A DNA stretch of 33,398 bases. Origin: Dehalococcoidia bacterium (lineage in GTDB: Bacteria; Chloroflexota; Dehalococcoidia; UBA2979). Made by a program: the position numbers and the translations under genes. The notes under the pieces were generated by a model that saw only the letters and a program-made list of their open reading frames with translations, made no database searches and was not told where the DNA came from. The stretch covers positions 1 through 33,398 of the forward strand of contig JBBDXH010000044.1 in NCBI GenBank assembly GCA_040902395.1, given 5' to 3'. This document shows, piece after piece, positions 1 through 7,771 of this stretch (positions within the stretch are counted from its first letter, which is position 1; each line of letters begins with the position of its first letter).

Positions 1-198
1 AGGATACGCACAAATGATCTATCGATCTATCCGTTTTTCAGCAGCCTGCTAGAGGGCGGAAGGGCCGGCGAGGAACGGAGGCAGGAATCCCTGCGCCTCT
101 GGGGTGAGATGAAGCAACTCGCCGGAGAGCTCTCGGCGTCCTGGTCGAAGGGCGTCAGCGCTGTGGACGCGGTGCGCGAGCAGCGACGCGAACTTTGA
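1..198 (+). CDS. Type II antitoxin, 3' part (5' end appears to run off the window); partner of the downstream PIN toxin
   Basis: Frame 1 is open from the window edge to TGA 196-198. C-terminal peptide is ...LAGELSASWSKGVSAVDAVREQRREL. The stop overlaps the ATG (198-200) of the PIN gene (TGATG junction), typical of antitoxin-toxin pairs. The only canonical in-frame start inside the window is ATG 109 (29 aa, too short), so it is treated as partial. Confidence 0.5.
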   Translation, partial: RIRTNDLSIYPFFSSLLEGGRAGEERRQESLRLWGEMKQLAGELSASWSKGVSAVDAVREQRREL

Positions 199-605
199 TG
201 TTCGTGGTCGATGCGAGCGTGTGGGTGAGCGCGGTGTGGAGACGCGACGCGAAGCACGCAGCGAGCGAATCGTGGATTGACGCGGCGCTCGAGCGTGACC
301 TCACGCTCTTCGAGCCGACGCTCCTCTTACCCGAGGTGGCGGGTGCGCTATCGCGGCGGACGAGTCGCCCGCGGCTGGCCGCGAGCTGGCTCACGCGACT
401 GTCGGCGATCCCGGCGATTGGGTGGCGGTCGCTCGACGAAGAGGAGGGCGATCGAGCCGGACGCGTCGCGGCCGCGTTCGCCGTGCGTGGCGCGGATGCC
501 GTCTACGTCGCCCTCGCCGAAGCGCTCGACGTGCCGCTCGTGACGTGGGACCGCCGCCAGGCGGACGCCGCCGGCGCGCGTGCGCTGACGCCCGAGACTG
601 CGTGA
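198..605 (+). CDS. vapC: PIN-domain ribonuclease toxin (VapC family)
   Basis: 135-aa ORF. N-terminal MFVVDASVW (first PIN Asp), LLLPEVAGAL (Glu), GADAVYVALAEA (Asp) and VTWDRR (Asp) give the four acidic PIN residues. Size and coupling to an upstream small ORF fit VapBC. TTG 195 is an alternative start. Confidence 0.85.
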   Translation: MFVVDASVWVSAVWRRDAKHAASESWIDAALERDLTLFEPTLLLPEVAGALSRRTSRPRLAASWLTRLSAIPAIGWRSLDEEEGDRAGRVAAAFAVRGADAVYVALAEALDVPLVTWDRRQADAAGARALTPETA

Positions 606-789
606 CCCAGCCGCGGGCGACATCCGCCCTCAAGTCGCGATCAGTCGTGCCAGTCTTCACACGGGCAGTAGCGTGGCGCGGGCCCGCCGGTGACACGCAC
701 TGGAGCCTGGTTCGCGTCGCAAGGGTCGACCGGTGACTGGGAGCGGCCGGCGCGGTGCAGAACGCCGCGCTGCCCCGGCTCAGTCCGGC

Positions 790-1365
790 TCAGTGTCCCG
801 TTTGCTCCGCCCATTCCGCGCGGAGCAGGCTCCAGACCTCCTGGTCCCAGTCGCGTCCGCGCCATCGCCCGTACTGGCGGAGCAGGCCCTCCTGCCGGAA
901 GCCGTGGCGCGTGAGCAGGCGGCGCGAGGGCTCGTTGCCGGGCGTGACGAACGCCTCGAGGCGGTTCAGATCGAGATCGGCGAAGCCCACGCGGACGAGT
1001 GCCGGGAGCACCTCGCGCATCACGCCGCGGCCCCACCATGCGCGCGCGAGGTCGTACGCGATCTCGCCGCGGGAGGCGCGCTCGCGCACGATCGCGTTGA
1101 AGCCGGCGGTGCCGATCAACGCGTCGGCGTTCCCGTCCCGCGGCCGGATCGCCCAGCGCAGGCCGGTGCCTGCGCCCGCCATCCCCTGCGCCCAACAGAT
1201 GATCTCGCGCGCCTGCGCAACTTCCGTCAGGGAGTCGATGTCGAGGTAGCGCGTCACCTCCGCATCGGCGAAGTGTGCGAAGAGCGGCTCGGCGTCCGCC
1301 GGCTGCAGGCAGTCGAGGCGGTAGTGTTCGGTGTCGAGGCGCGCCGGCGGGCGGGGCGGAGGCAT
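790..1365 (-). CDS. GNAT family N-acetyltransferase (RimJ/RimL-like)
   Basis: 191-aa ORF with the typical RimJ/L pattern: YRLDCLQPADAEPLFAHF..., IGTAGFNAI..., EIAYDLARAWWGRGVMREVL..., LNRLEAFVTPGNEPSRRLLTRHGFRQEG. Confidence 0.85.
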   Translation of the reverse strand: MPPPRPPARLDTEHYRLDCLQPADAEPLFAHFADAEVTRYLDIDSLTEVAQAREIICWAQGMAGAGTGLRWAIRPRDGNADALIGTAGFNAIVRERASRGEIAYDLARAWWGRGVMREVLPALVRVGFADLDLNRLEAFVTPGNEPSRRLLTRHGFRQEGLLRQYGRWRGRDWDQEVWSLLRAEWAEQTGH

Positions 1366-1408
1366 GCGGCCGTTCGTCGGTGGGGCGGGCGTTGGGTGAC
1401 GCGCCCTC

Positions 1409-2656
1409 CTACCGCACGGCGCCCTGTGCGCGCGCCATCAGGTAGCGGCGCAGCAGCGTCATCGCCTGGAGCACCGCGCGGCGCTTCGCCGCCTCACGAC
1501 CCTGGTAGTACCGCGAGTGCGAGTACTCCGCCTCGTTTCCGTCCCACAGCACGATGTGCATCGTGCCGGGCGGCTGCCCCTCGACCTCTTCGCCGCCGGC
1601 GATGCCTGTGATGGCGATCGCGAGATCGCTCCCGAGGCGCTCGCGTACGGCCTTCGCCATCGCCTCCGACGTCTCGCGCGAGATCACGCCGTGCATGGCG
1701 ATCAGCTCGGCCGGCACGCCCTGCGCGATCTTCGCCTCCGCCGTGTAGGTGACGAGCGAGCCCGTGAAGTAGTTCGACGCACCCTCGTAGTCCGTGAACG
1801 CGTTTGCGAGGGCGCCGCCGGTCGCAGACTCCATGAGCGCGATCGTCAGGCGCTGCTCTTCGAGCATCTGCCCGACGGCGCTCGCCAGCGACTGATCGTC
1901 CACTCCCCAGATCGACGGGCCGAGGATGGCTCGCGCCTCCTCCTCGACGGGGTGAATGAGGTGCCACGCCTCCTCGCGCGTCGGCGCTTTCGCGGCGATG
2001 CGCGCGTGTACGCCGTCCGTGCGGGCGTAGATGCCGATCGACGGGTTCGTGCCCTTGAGCAGCGGCGAGAGCATCTCGTCCACCGTGCCCTCGCCGATGC
2101 CGGTGGTCTTCAGCGTGCGCGAGACGAGGATGCTGTCGGCGCGGCGCTCGAGCTCGGGGGCGACCTCGCGCTCCCACATGCGCGTCATCTCCGACGGCGG
2201 CCCCGGCATCACGGCGATCACCTTGCCGTCCCGCTCCACCCACCAGCCGGGCGCGGTGCCGCGCGGGTTCGGGATCGCGCGCGCAGAGGGGATCAGCATC
2301 GCCTGCTTGAGGTTCCGCTCGGGCATGTTCGCGGCGCCACGGCCCGCGAAGAAGCCGCGCACGATGCGCTCCTGCTCCTCGTCGAGGTAGAGCTCCTCGC
2401 CCAGCGTCTTGCCCACCGTTTCGCGCGTGAGGTCATCCTCGGTCGGCCCGAGACCGCCGGTCATGAAGATGTAGTCGGAGCGCCCCCAGGCACGCGCGAC
2501 CACCTCCTCGAAGCGCCCGGGGTTGTCGCCGACCTGCGTGACGTACATCAGGTCGATGCCGAACTCCGGTAGCGCCGAGGCGATGTGCGCGGCGTTGGTG
2601 TCGACGATCTCGCCGAGCATGATCTCGGTGCCGATCGAGATGATCTCCGCGCGCAT
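1409..2656 (-). CDS. cinA: CinA family protein (MoCF-binding domain plus NMN deamidase PncC-like domain)
   Basis: MRAEIISIGTEIMLGEIVDTNAAHIA... is the canonical CinA N-terminus. The C-terminal half (LALMESATGGALA...) matches the CinA/PncC deamidase domain. ATG 2656 is preferred (GAAAGG about 9 nt upstream); GTG 2680 is an alternative. Confidence 0.9.
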   Translation of the reverse strand: MRAEIISIGTEIMLGEIVDTNAAHIASALPEFGIDLMYVTQVGDNPGRFEEVVARAWGRSDYIFMTGGLGPTEDDLTRETVGKTLGEELYLDEEQERIVRGFFAGRGAANMPERNLKQAMLIPSARAIPNPRGTAPGWWVERDGKVIAVMPGPPSEMTRMWEREVAPELERRADSILVSRTLKTTGIGEGTVDEMLSPLLKGTNPSIGIYARTDGVHARIAAKAPTREEAWHLIHPVEEEARAILGPSIWGVDDQSLASAVGQMLEEQRLTIALMESATGGALANAFTDYEGASNYFTGSLVTYTAEAKIAQGVPAELIAMHGVISRETSEAMAKAVRERLGSDLAIAITGIAGGEEVEGQPPGTMHIVLWDGNEAEYSHSRYYQGREAAKRRAVLQAMTLLRRYLMARAQGAVR

Positions 2657-2800
2657 CGCGAGCCGCCTTTCGTGCTCCACCCGGTGCCGGCGGGAGCATA
2701 GCCGCCGCGCCCCGCGGCGGGCACGCAGCGGCGGGCGCCTGCCGCCCGGGACGGGTTGGGACTGGCGGCAGCGCTCCGCAGGTGAGCGCGCCCGGCTCGC

Positions 2801-4258
2801 CTACTTCGGTCCGAGGCTCGAGAGGTACGTGTGCAGCCAGGTCGCCGCGCGCTTGCCGTCGGCGATGGCCGTCACCACGAGGTCGGCGCCGTTGACGACG
2901 TCCCCGCCGGCGAAGATGTACGGCACGTTGGTCTGGCCGGTGCGCTGATCCACCTTCACGAGGTGCCACTGGTTCACTTCGATCGGGGCGGAGCCGGCGA
3001 ACTCCGGGTCGGCGTTGTAGCCGATCGCGATCACGACGCACGTCGCCGGCACGGTGTACTCCGAGCCGGCGACCTGGACGGGGCGCCGGCGCCCGCTCTC
3101 GTCGGGCTCACTCAGCTCCATGCGCACGAGCTCCACCGCGGTCACGGCCCCCGAGTCGTCGCCGACGAAGCGCACGGGCGTTGTGAGGTAGGCGAACTCC
3201 ACGCCTTCTTCGCGCGCGTGCACGCGCTCCTCGGTGCGTCCGAGCATCTCGTTCTCGGTGCGCCGGTAGACGCACGTCACGTGCTCAGCGCCCAGGCGCA
3301 CGGCCGTGCGCACGCAGTCCATCGAGGTGTCGCCGCCGCCGATCACGACGCAGTCGCTACCCACGAGCGGGCGGCCGCGCTGACCCTCGGGCAGCTCGGC
3401 GTCCGAGAGGTTGCCGCGCACCAGGAAGTCCGTGGCGGCGTACACGTTGCTCAGGTCCTCGCCCGGCACGCGCAGCCGGTTGCCGACGCCGGCGCCCGTC
3501 CCGATGAAGATCACGTCGAAGCCGTCACGAGCGTGCAGGTCCGTGAGCGAGACGTCCTCGCCGACGCGCGTCTCGTTCACGAAGGTCACGCCGAGCTGCC
3601 GGAGCATCTCGAGCTTCTCCTCGAGGATGTCCTTGCGCATCTTGAAGTTTGGGATGCCGTAGCGGAGCACGCCGCCCGGCTCCGGCCACATGTCGAAGAC
3701 CGTGCAATCGTGCCCGCGCGTGCTGAGCTCCTCCGCGACCGTCAACCCGGCCGGCCCGCTGCCCACGATTGCGGCGCGCCGTCCGCTGGCCGCGTGACGC
3801 TCCGGGACGGGGAAGCCACCCTGCTCTCGCCGCTGGGCGTCGGTGACGAATGACTCGAGCCGGCCGATCGCGACCGGCGGCTGCTTCGACCCGTCCGGCC
3901 GGATCGCGAAGCCGACGACGCACGCGCCTTCGCACAGCGATTCCTGCGGGCAGAGGCGACCGCACATCTCGGGCAGCGTGGAGGTTTCGCGGAACTTCGC
4001 CGCCCCGCCGAGCACGTCTCCGGCGTCGAGCAGCATGAGCGCGGCCGGGATGTCGTTGTGTACGGGACACGCGTCCATACACGGCGCCGAGGGACAGTCG
4101 ATGCAGCGCGCGGCCTCGATCATCGCCGCGCCGAGGTCGAGCGTGAGATAGGTTTCGTCGAAATTGCGGACGCGCTCGGCCGGCGACTGCTTGGGCACCG
4201 CCTGGCGGGGGATGCTGAGCCGGTTCTGGATCGCGTCCGTGCGTTCGTTGGTCGTCAT
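2801..4258 (-). CDS. GltD-like NAD(P)H-dependent FAD/FeS oxidoreductase (glutamate synthase small-subunit family), stand-alone
   Basis: N-terminal Cys clusters CIDCPSAPCMDACP and MCGRLCPQESLCEGAC. Dinucleotide fold AIVGSGPAGLTVAEEL...GGVLRYGIPNFKM and a second VIGGGDTSMDC motif. Start ATG 4258 has a strong GGGAGGA RBS 6 nt upstream. No large-subunit or NfnA/SudB-type partner gene is adjacent. Confidence 0.88.
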   Translation of the reverse strand: MTTNERTDAIQNRLSIPRQAVPKQSPAERVRNFDETYLTLDLGAAMIEAARCIDCPSAPCMDACPVHNDIPAALMLLDAGDVLGGAAKFRETSTLPEMCGRLCPQESLCEGACVVGFAIRPDGSKQPPVAIGRLESFVTDAQRREQGGFPVPERHAASGRRAAIVGSGPAGLTVAEELSTRGHDCTVFDMWPEPGGVLRYGIPNFKMRKDILEEKLEMLRQLGVTFVNETRVGEDVSLTDLHARDGFDVIFIGTGAGVGNRLRVPGEDLSNVYAATDFLVRGNLSDAELPEGQRGRPLVGSDCVVIGGGDTSMDCVRTAVRLGAEHVTCVYRRTENEMLGRTEERVHAREEGVEFAYLTTPVRFVGDDSGAVTAVELVRMELSEPDESGRRRPVQVAGSEYTVPATCVVIAIGYNADPEFAGSAPIEVNQWHLVKVDQRTGQTNVPYIFAGGDVVNGADLVVTAIADGKRAATWLHTYLSSLGPK

Positions 4259-4340
4259 CGCCCATCCTCCCGAGGCTGCGGAGGGTATCAAAGCCGTGGT
4301 CGGGGCAATGAACGGGAGGGCGCGCGCGGCGTGCGCTCGC

Positions 4341-4820
4341 TCAGCGGCCGCTCGCAGTGCGCACCGCGTCGCGCGCCGACTCCGCCTGGGCGACGAGGCC
4401 GGCGACGTACTCGCGCGCCGAGCGGACCTCGCGGCCCGCGATCGCCAGTGGTCGCTCCAGCAGCTCGCCGGCGTGCTCCAGCACGCCCGCCGCGGCCTCG
4501 ATGCTCACGGCCAGGTGCGCGCGCAGCACGTGCAGGCGCATCTGCTGAGCGTGAAGCATCGCCTCGCCGCGGAGGCGCCGCACCGCCAGCTCGACCGCCC
4601 CGTCCGCGCGTCCGCGGAGCGCGTCGAACACATGCGCGAGTTCGACGTCGCTCGCCGCGAGCGACGCGAGCTCGTGGCGCAGTGTCCAGCCCTCGCGCTC
4701 GAGCGCGCCGCCGAGGCGCGTCTCCGGCAGCGTCTCCAGCAGCGCCAGGAGCTCGGCGCGCAGGGCTCGCAGGCGGGCCGCGGCGCTCGCGCCGTCGAAC
4801 TGGGTGGGATGGTCCGGCAC
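4341..4820 (-). CDS. Hypothetical protein, possibly DinB/MDMPI-like helical bundle
   Basis: Only plausible coding frame in this interval. GTG 4820 is preceded by AAGGA 7 nt upstream. The helical, Ala/Leu/Arg-rich sequence has a W-x-L-R-H-E-L motif reminiscent of DinB-type folds. Function call is weak. Confidence 0.5.
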   Translation of the reverse strand: MPDHPTQFDGASAAARLRALRAELLALLETLPETRLGGALEREGWTLRHELASLAASDVELAHVFDALRGRADGAVELAVRRLRGEAMLHAQQMRLHVLRAHLAVSIEAAAGVLEHAGELLERPLAIAGREVRSAREYVAGLVAQAESARDAVRTASGR

Positions 4821-4888
4821 GCGGCGGTCCTTTCGCGGTGGGCGTCCGCCGACAGCGTAGGATGCGGTCGCGGTGAGAGGGATGGCGG

Positions 4889-5311
4889 ATGTCGCTTGCG
4901 CTTGTGTCCCGCTCCCGACGGTCGGGGCCACGACTGCTTCACCCGCTGCGCGCGCCGATGCTGCTCGCGCTGACCGCGCTGCTCTCGCTGCTCAGCAGCG
5001 CGGGATGCGGCGGCGCCACCAATGGGGAGGGCGCCGTGCTGGCGAGCACAGGCGACCTCTGGGCCGCGCCCCAGCGATACGAGGGCCGGCGCGTGCGCAC
5101 CACCGGTGTGGTGCTGCGCATCAACGCCGGTGAGCCAGACGAGCACTATGTGCTCGAAGGCACCGCCCAGCGTCGCGTCGAGCTGCGTGGCGCCGACCCC
5201 GATCAGCTGAGCGCGATGCTCGGGCGGCGCGCCGAGGTGATCGGGCGCTTCCACTTCACCGAGACCACGGGCCTCGGGATCGAGGTCGACACGATCAAGG
5301 TCGTCGGCTGA
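4889..5311 (+). CDS. Small lipoprotein of unknown function
   Basis: Arg-rich n-region, hydrophobic LLALTALLSLLSSAGC lipobox, then a ~100-aa beta-rich domain. Start uncertain (ATG 4889 or GTG 4904). Confidence 0.6.
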   Translation: MSLALVSRSRRSGPRLLHPLRAPMLLALTALLSLLSSAGCGGATNGEGAVLASTGDLWAAPQRYEGRRVRTTGVVLRINAGEPDEHYVLEGTAQRRVELRGADPDQLSAMLGRRAEVIGRFHFTETTGLGIEVDTIKVVG

Positions 5312-5455
5312 CCGAGCGCAGCGCCGCGTTCGCGCGGCAGCGCGCCGGGGGCCGAACCGCGCCATCGCGCTCGCCGGGCTGCTAGTCTGCGCCGACTCCC
5401 GCGACGTAACCTCAGACCCCGCCCGTCAGTACCCGATGCCCCCATCGGAGATGGA

Positions 5456-6451
5456 GTGACCGTGACGCAGACGTCGAACCGTGAGTCGCCCGGCGCGGGC
5501 GTCGCTGCGATTCACGAGGCCGCCGCTCGCGTTCGCGAGAACGTCGGACGCGTGATCGTGGGCGCGGACCAGGCCGTGACGCTGACGCTCGTCGCGCTGC
5601 TGTCGAGCGGGCACGTACTGCTCGAGGACGTGCCGGGCACGGGCAAGACGATGATGGCGCGCGCGTTCGCACGCTCAATCGGCGCCAGCTTCCACCGCAT
5701 CCAGTTCACGCCCGACCTGATGCCTTCGGACATTCTCGGCATCAACTTCTTCTCTCAGAAGTCCGGCGAGTTCGAGTTCCGCCCGGGGCCGCTGCTGGCG
5801 AATGTCGTGCTTGCCGATGAGGTCAATCGCGCGACGCCGCGCACCCAGTCCGCTCTGCTCGAGGCGATGGAGGAGCGCACGGTCACGATCGAGGGCGAGA
5901 CGCACGTGCTTCCGCTCCCGTTCGTCGTGCTCGCCACCCAGAACCCGGTCGAGCTCGAAGGCACGTTCCCGCTGCCCGAAGCGCAACTCGACCGCTTCCT
6001 CGTGCGCATGAAGATCGGGTATCCGACCGAGGACGGCGAGCTCGAGGTGCTGCGGCGCTTCGAGGGAGGCTCCCCGCTCGAAGCGCTGGAAGTCGTGGTC
6101 CACGCGGACGAACTGGTCGCCGCGTCCGCGCTGCTCCCGAGAGTGCACGTCGAGGATGCGGTCGCGCGCTACGCCGTGCAGCTCTGCCGCGCGACCCGCC
6201 ACCACGAGGCGTTCGATCTCGGCGCGAGCCCGCGCGCCTCGCTCGCGCTCTTCCGCGCCGCGCGTGCGTACGCCGCGATCGACGGGCGCGATTACGTCCG
6301 TCCCGACGACATCAAGGCGCTCGCGCATCCGGTGCTCGGACACCGCCTGGTGCTCTCGTCGAACACGCGGCTGCGCGGGCGCACCTCTGATGACGTACTG
6401 AGCGAGATCCTCGGCACCGTCCCCGTCCCCGTCGCCGACGTCGTCTCCTAG
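5456..6451 (+). CDS. moxR: MoxR family AAA+ ATPase
   Basis: GHVLLEDVPGTGKTMMARAFA (Walker A), VLADEVNRATPRTQSALLEAMEE (Walker B/sensor), C-terminal ASPRASLAL...RDYVRPDDIK lid. Typical MoxR length (331 aa). Confidence 0.95.
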   Translation: MTVTQTSNRESPGAGVAAIHEAAARVRENVGRVIVGADQAVTLTLVALLSSGHVLLEDVPGTGKTMMARAFARSIGASFHRIQFTPDLMPSDILGINFFSQKSGEFEFRPGPLLANVVLADEVNRATPRTQSALLEAMEERTVTIEGETHVLPLPFVVLATQNPVELEGTFPLPEAQLDRFLVRMKIGYPTEDGELEVLRRFEGGSPLEALEVVVHADELVAASALLPRVHVEDAVARYAVQLCRATRHHEAFDLGASPRASLALFRAARAYAAIDGRDYVRPDDIKALAHPVLGHRLVLSSNTRLRGRTSDDVLSEILGTVPVPVADVVS

Positions 6452-6481
6452 CCGCGGCGGTCGTCCGCCTCCGGAGCTGCC

Positions 6482-7771
6482 ATGCGCACGGTCATTCGCG
6501 ACTCGTGGCTATTCGTCTCGTCGGTGTTGATCTCGATCGGGTTGCTGACCGGTTCGATTGTGATCGTGTCGCTGGGGGTGCTCGTGCTCGGCACGGGCGG
6601 CGCCGCGCGGCTGTGGTCGCGCCTTGCGCTCGCGGAGGTCGTGCTCACGCGCGAGGTCAGCGAGCACCGGGTGTACGTCGGCGAAACCGTCGAGGTGAAG
6701 CTCACGCTCGAGAACCGCAAGCTGCTGCCGGTGCCGTGGATCGAGATCCAGACGGGGATGCCGCGCGGTATGCCGGTGATTGACGCGCGGACACACATCG
6801 GCGCCACGGGCGCGCCGGTACTCGAGCGCAACACTTCGCTGGGTCGTCGCGATCGCGTCGAATGGCCGGTGACGCTCCGGGCGATACATCGCGGCTACTT
6901 CCGCGTCGGGCCGTCGCGGCTGCGCTCCGGCGACATCTTCGGCTTCTTCGAACGCGAGGCGGTCATGGGCTGGCCTCCGGACGCGATCGTGGTCTACCCG
7001 CGGACGTACGCGCTGCCCGATCTCGGCCTCGACAGCGCGCGTCCGTTCGGGGAGCACCGTGGCGGGAACCGCATGTACGAGGATCCGTCGCGGGTGATCG
7101 GCATCCGCGACTACCAGCCCGGCGACACGATGCGGCGGATCGACTGGAAGGCGACCGCGCGCACGGGGCGCCTGCATTCGCGCATCTACGAGCCCTCGCG
7201 CACGCAGTCCGTGATCGTGGCGCTCAACATCCCCACCTTCGAGCAGCAGTGGCAGGGTTCCGATCCGCTGCTGCTGGAGCGGGGCGTCTCGCTCGCGGCG
7301 TCGCTGGCGCGCGCTGCGTACGAGGAGGGCTCTGCGATCGGACTGATCGCGAACGGCTCGTTCCCCGACGCCGATCGCCCGATCCGCATCGGAGCCAGCA
7401 GCCACCCGCAGCAGCTCAACCGCGTGCTCGAGGCGCTCGCCATGGTCACCGCGTTCACGACGTCGCGCATGGCCTTCGAGCTCGAGGACCACAGACATGC
7501 GCTGCCCGCCGGCGCCACCGTCGTGCTCGTCGCGGCGGTCATGAACGAGGACGTGGCCGCGTCGCTCCAGCGCCTGCGCAGCGGCGGTCACTTCGTCCAC
7601 GTCGTGAAGACGTCGCGCGCGCCGTGGCGCGTCAGGCTCGACTCGATCCGCGTCTCGGAGCTGGCCACGATCATGGAGGCGCACGAAGCCGAACTCGAGC
7701 GGCAGGGGCTCCCCGTCGATCGCGGCGGTGAGGCGGCCGAGGCCGCGCTCGGGATGCGCGTGACGGCGTGA
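6482..7771 (+). CDS. DUF58 domain protein (VWA-like, membrane-anchored MoxR partner)
   Basis: Two N-terminal TM helices and the diagnostic DUF58 motif GIRDYQPGDTMRRIDWKATARTGRLHSRIYEPS. Sits 30 nt after moxR. Confidence 0.9.
   Translation: MRTVIRDSWLFVSSVLISIGLLTGSIVIVSLGVLVLGTGGAARLWSRLALAEVVLTREVSEHRVYVGETVEVKLTLENRKLLPVPWIEIQTGMPRGMPVIDARTHIGATGAPVLERNTSLGRRDRVEWPVTLRAIHRGYFRVGPSRLRSGDIFGFFEREAVMGWPPDAIVVYPRTYALPDLGLDSARPFGEHRGGNRMYEDPSRVIGIRDYQPGDTMRRIDWKATARTGRLHSRIYEPSRTQSVIVALNIPTFEQQWQGSDPLLLERGVSLAASLARAAYEEGSAIGLIANGSFPDADRPIRIGASSHPQQLNRVLEALAMVTAFTTSRMAFELEDHRHALPAGATVVLVAAVMNEDVAASLQRLRSGGHFVHVVKTSRAPWRVRLDSIRVSELATIMEAHEAELERQGLPVDRGGEAAEAALGMRVTA

Noticed and set aside
775-794. 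Tandem 10-bp duplication CCGGCTCAGT x2 spanning the GNAT stop codon
   Set aside because: It is real in the sequence, but a single two-unit slippage-type duplication in a 3' end or spacer has no evident function. Recorded only for completeness.
641-814. 57-aa minus-strand ORF between vapC and the GNAT gene ending ...RYCPCEDWHD
   Set aside because: It would overlap the 3' end of the GNAT gene. It has no recognisable motif or RBS and lies in a convergent terminator-type spacer. Support is insufficient.
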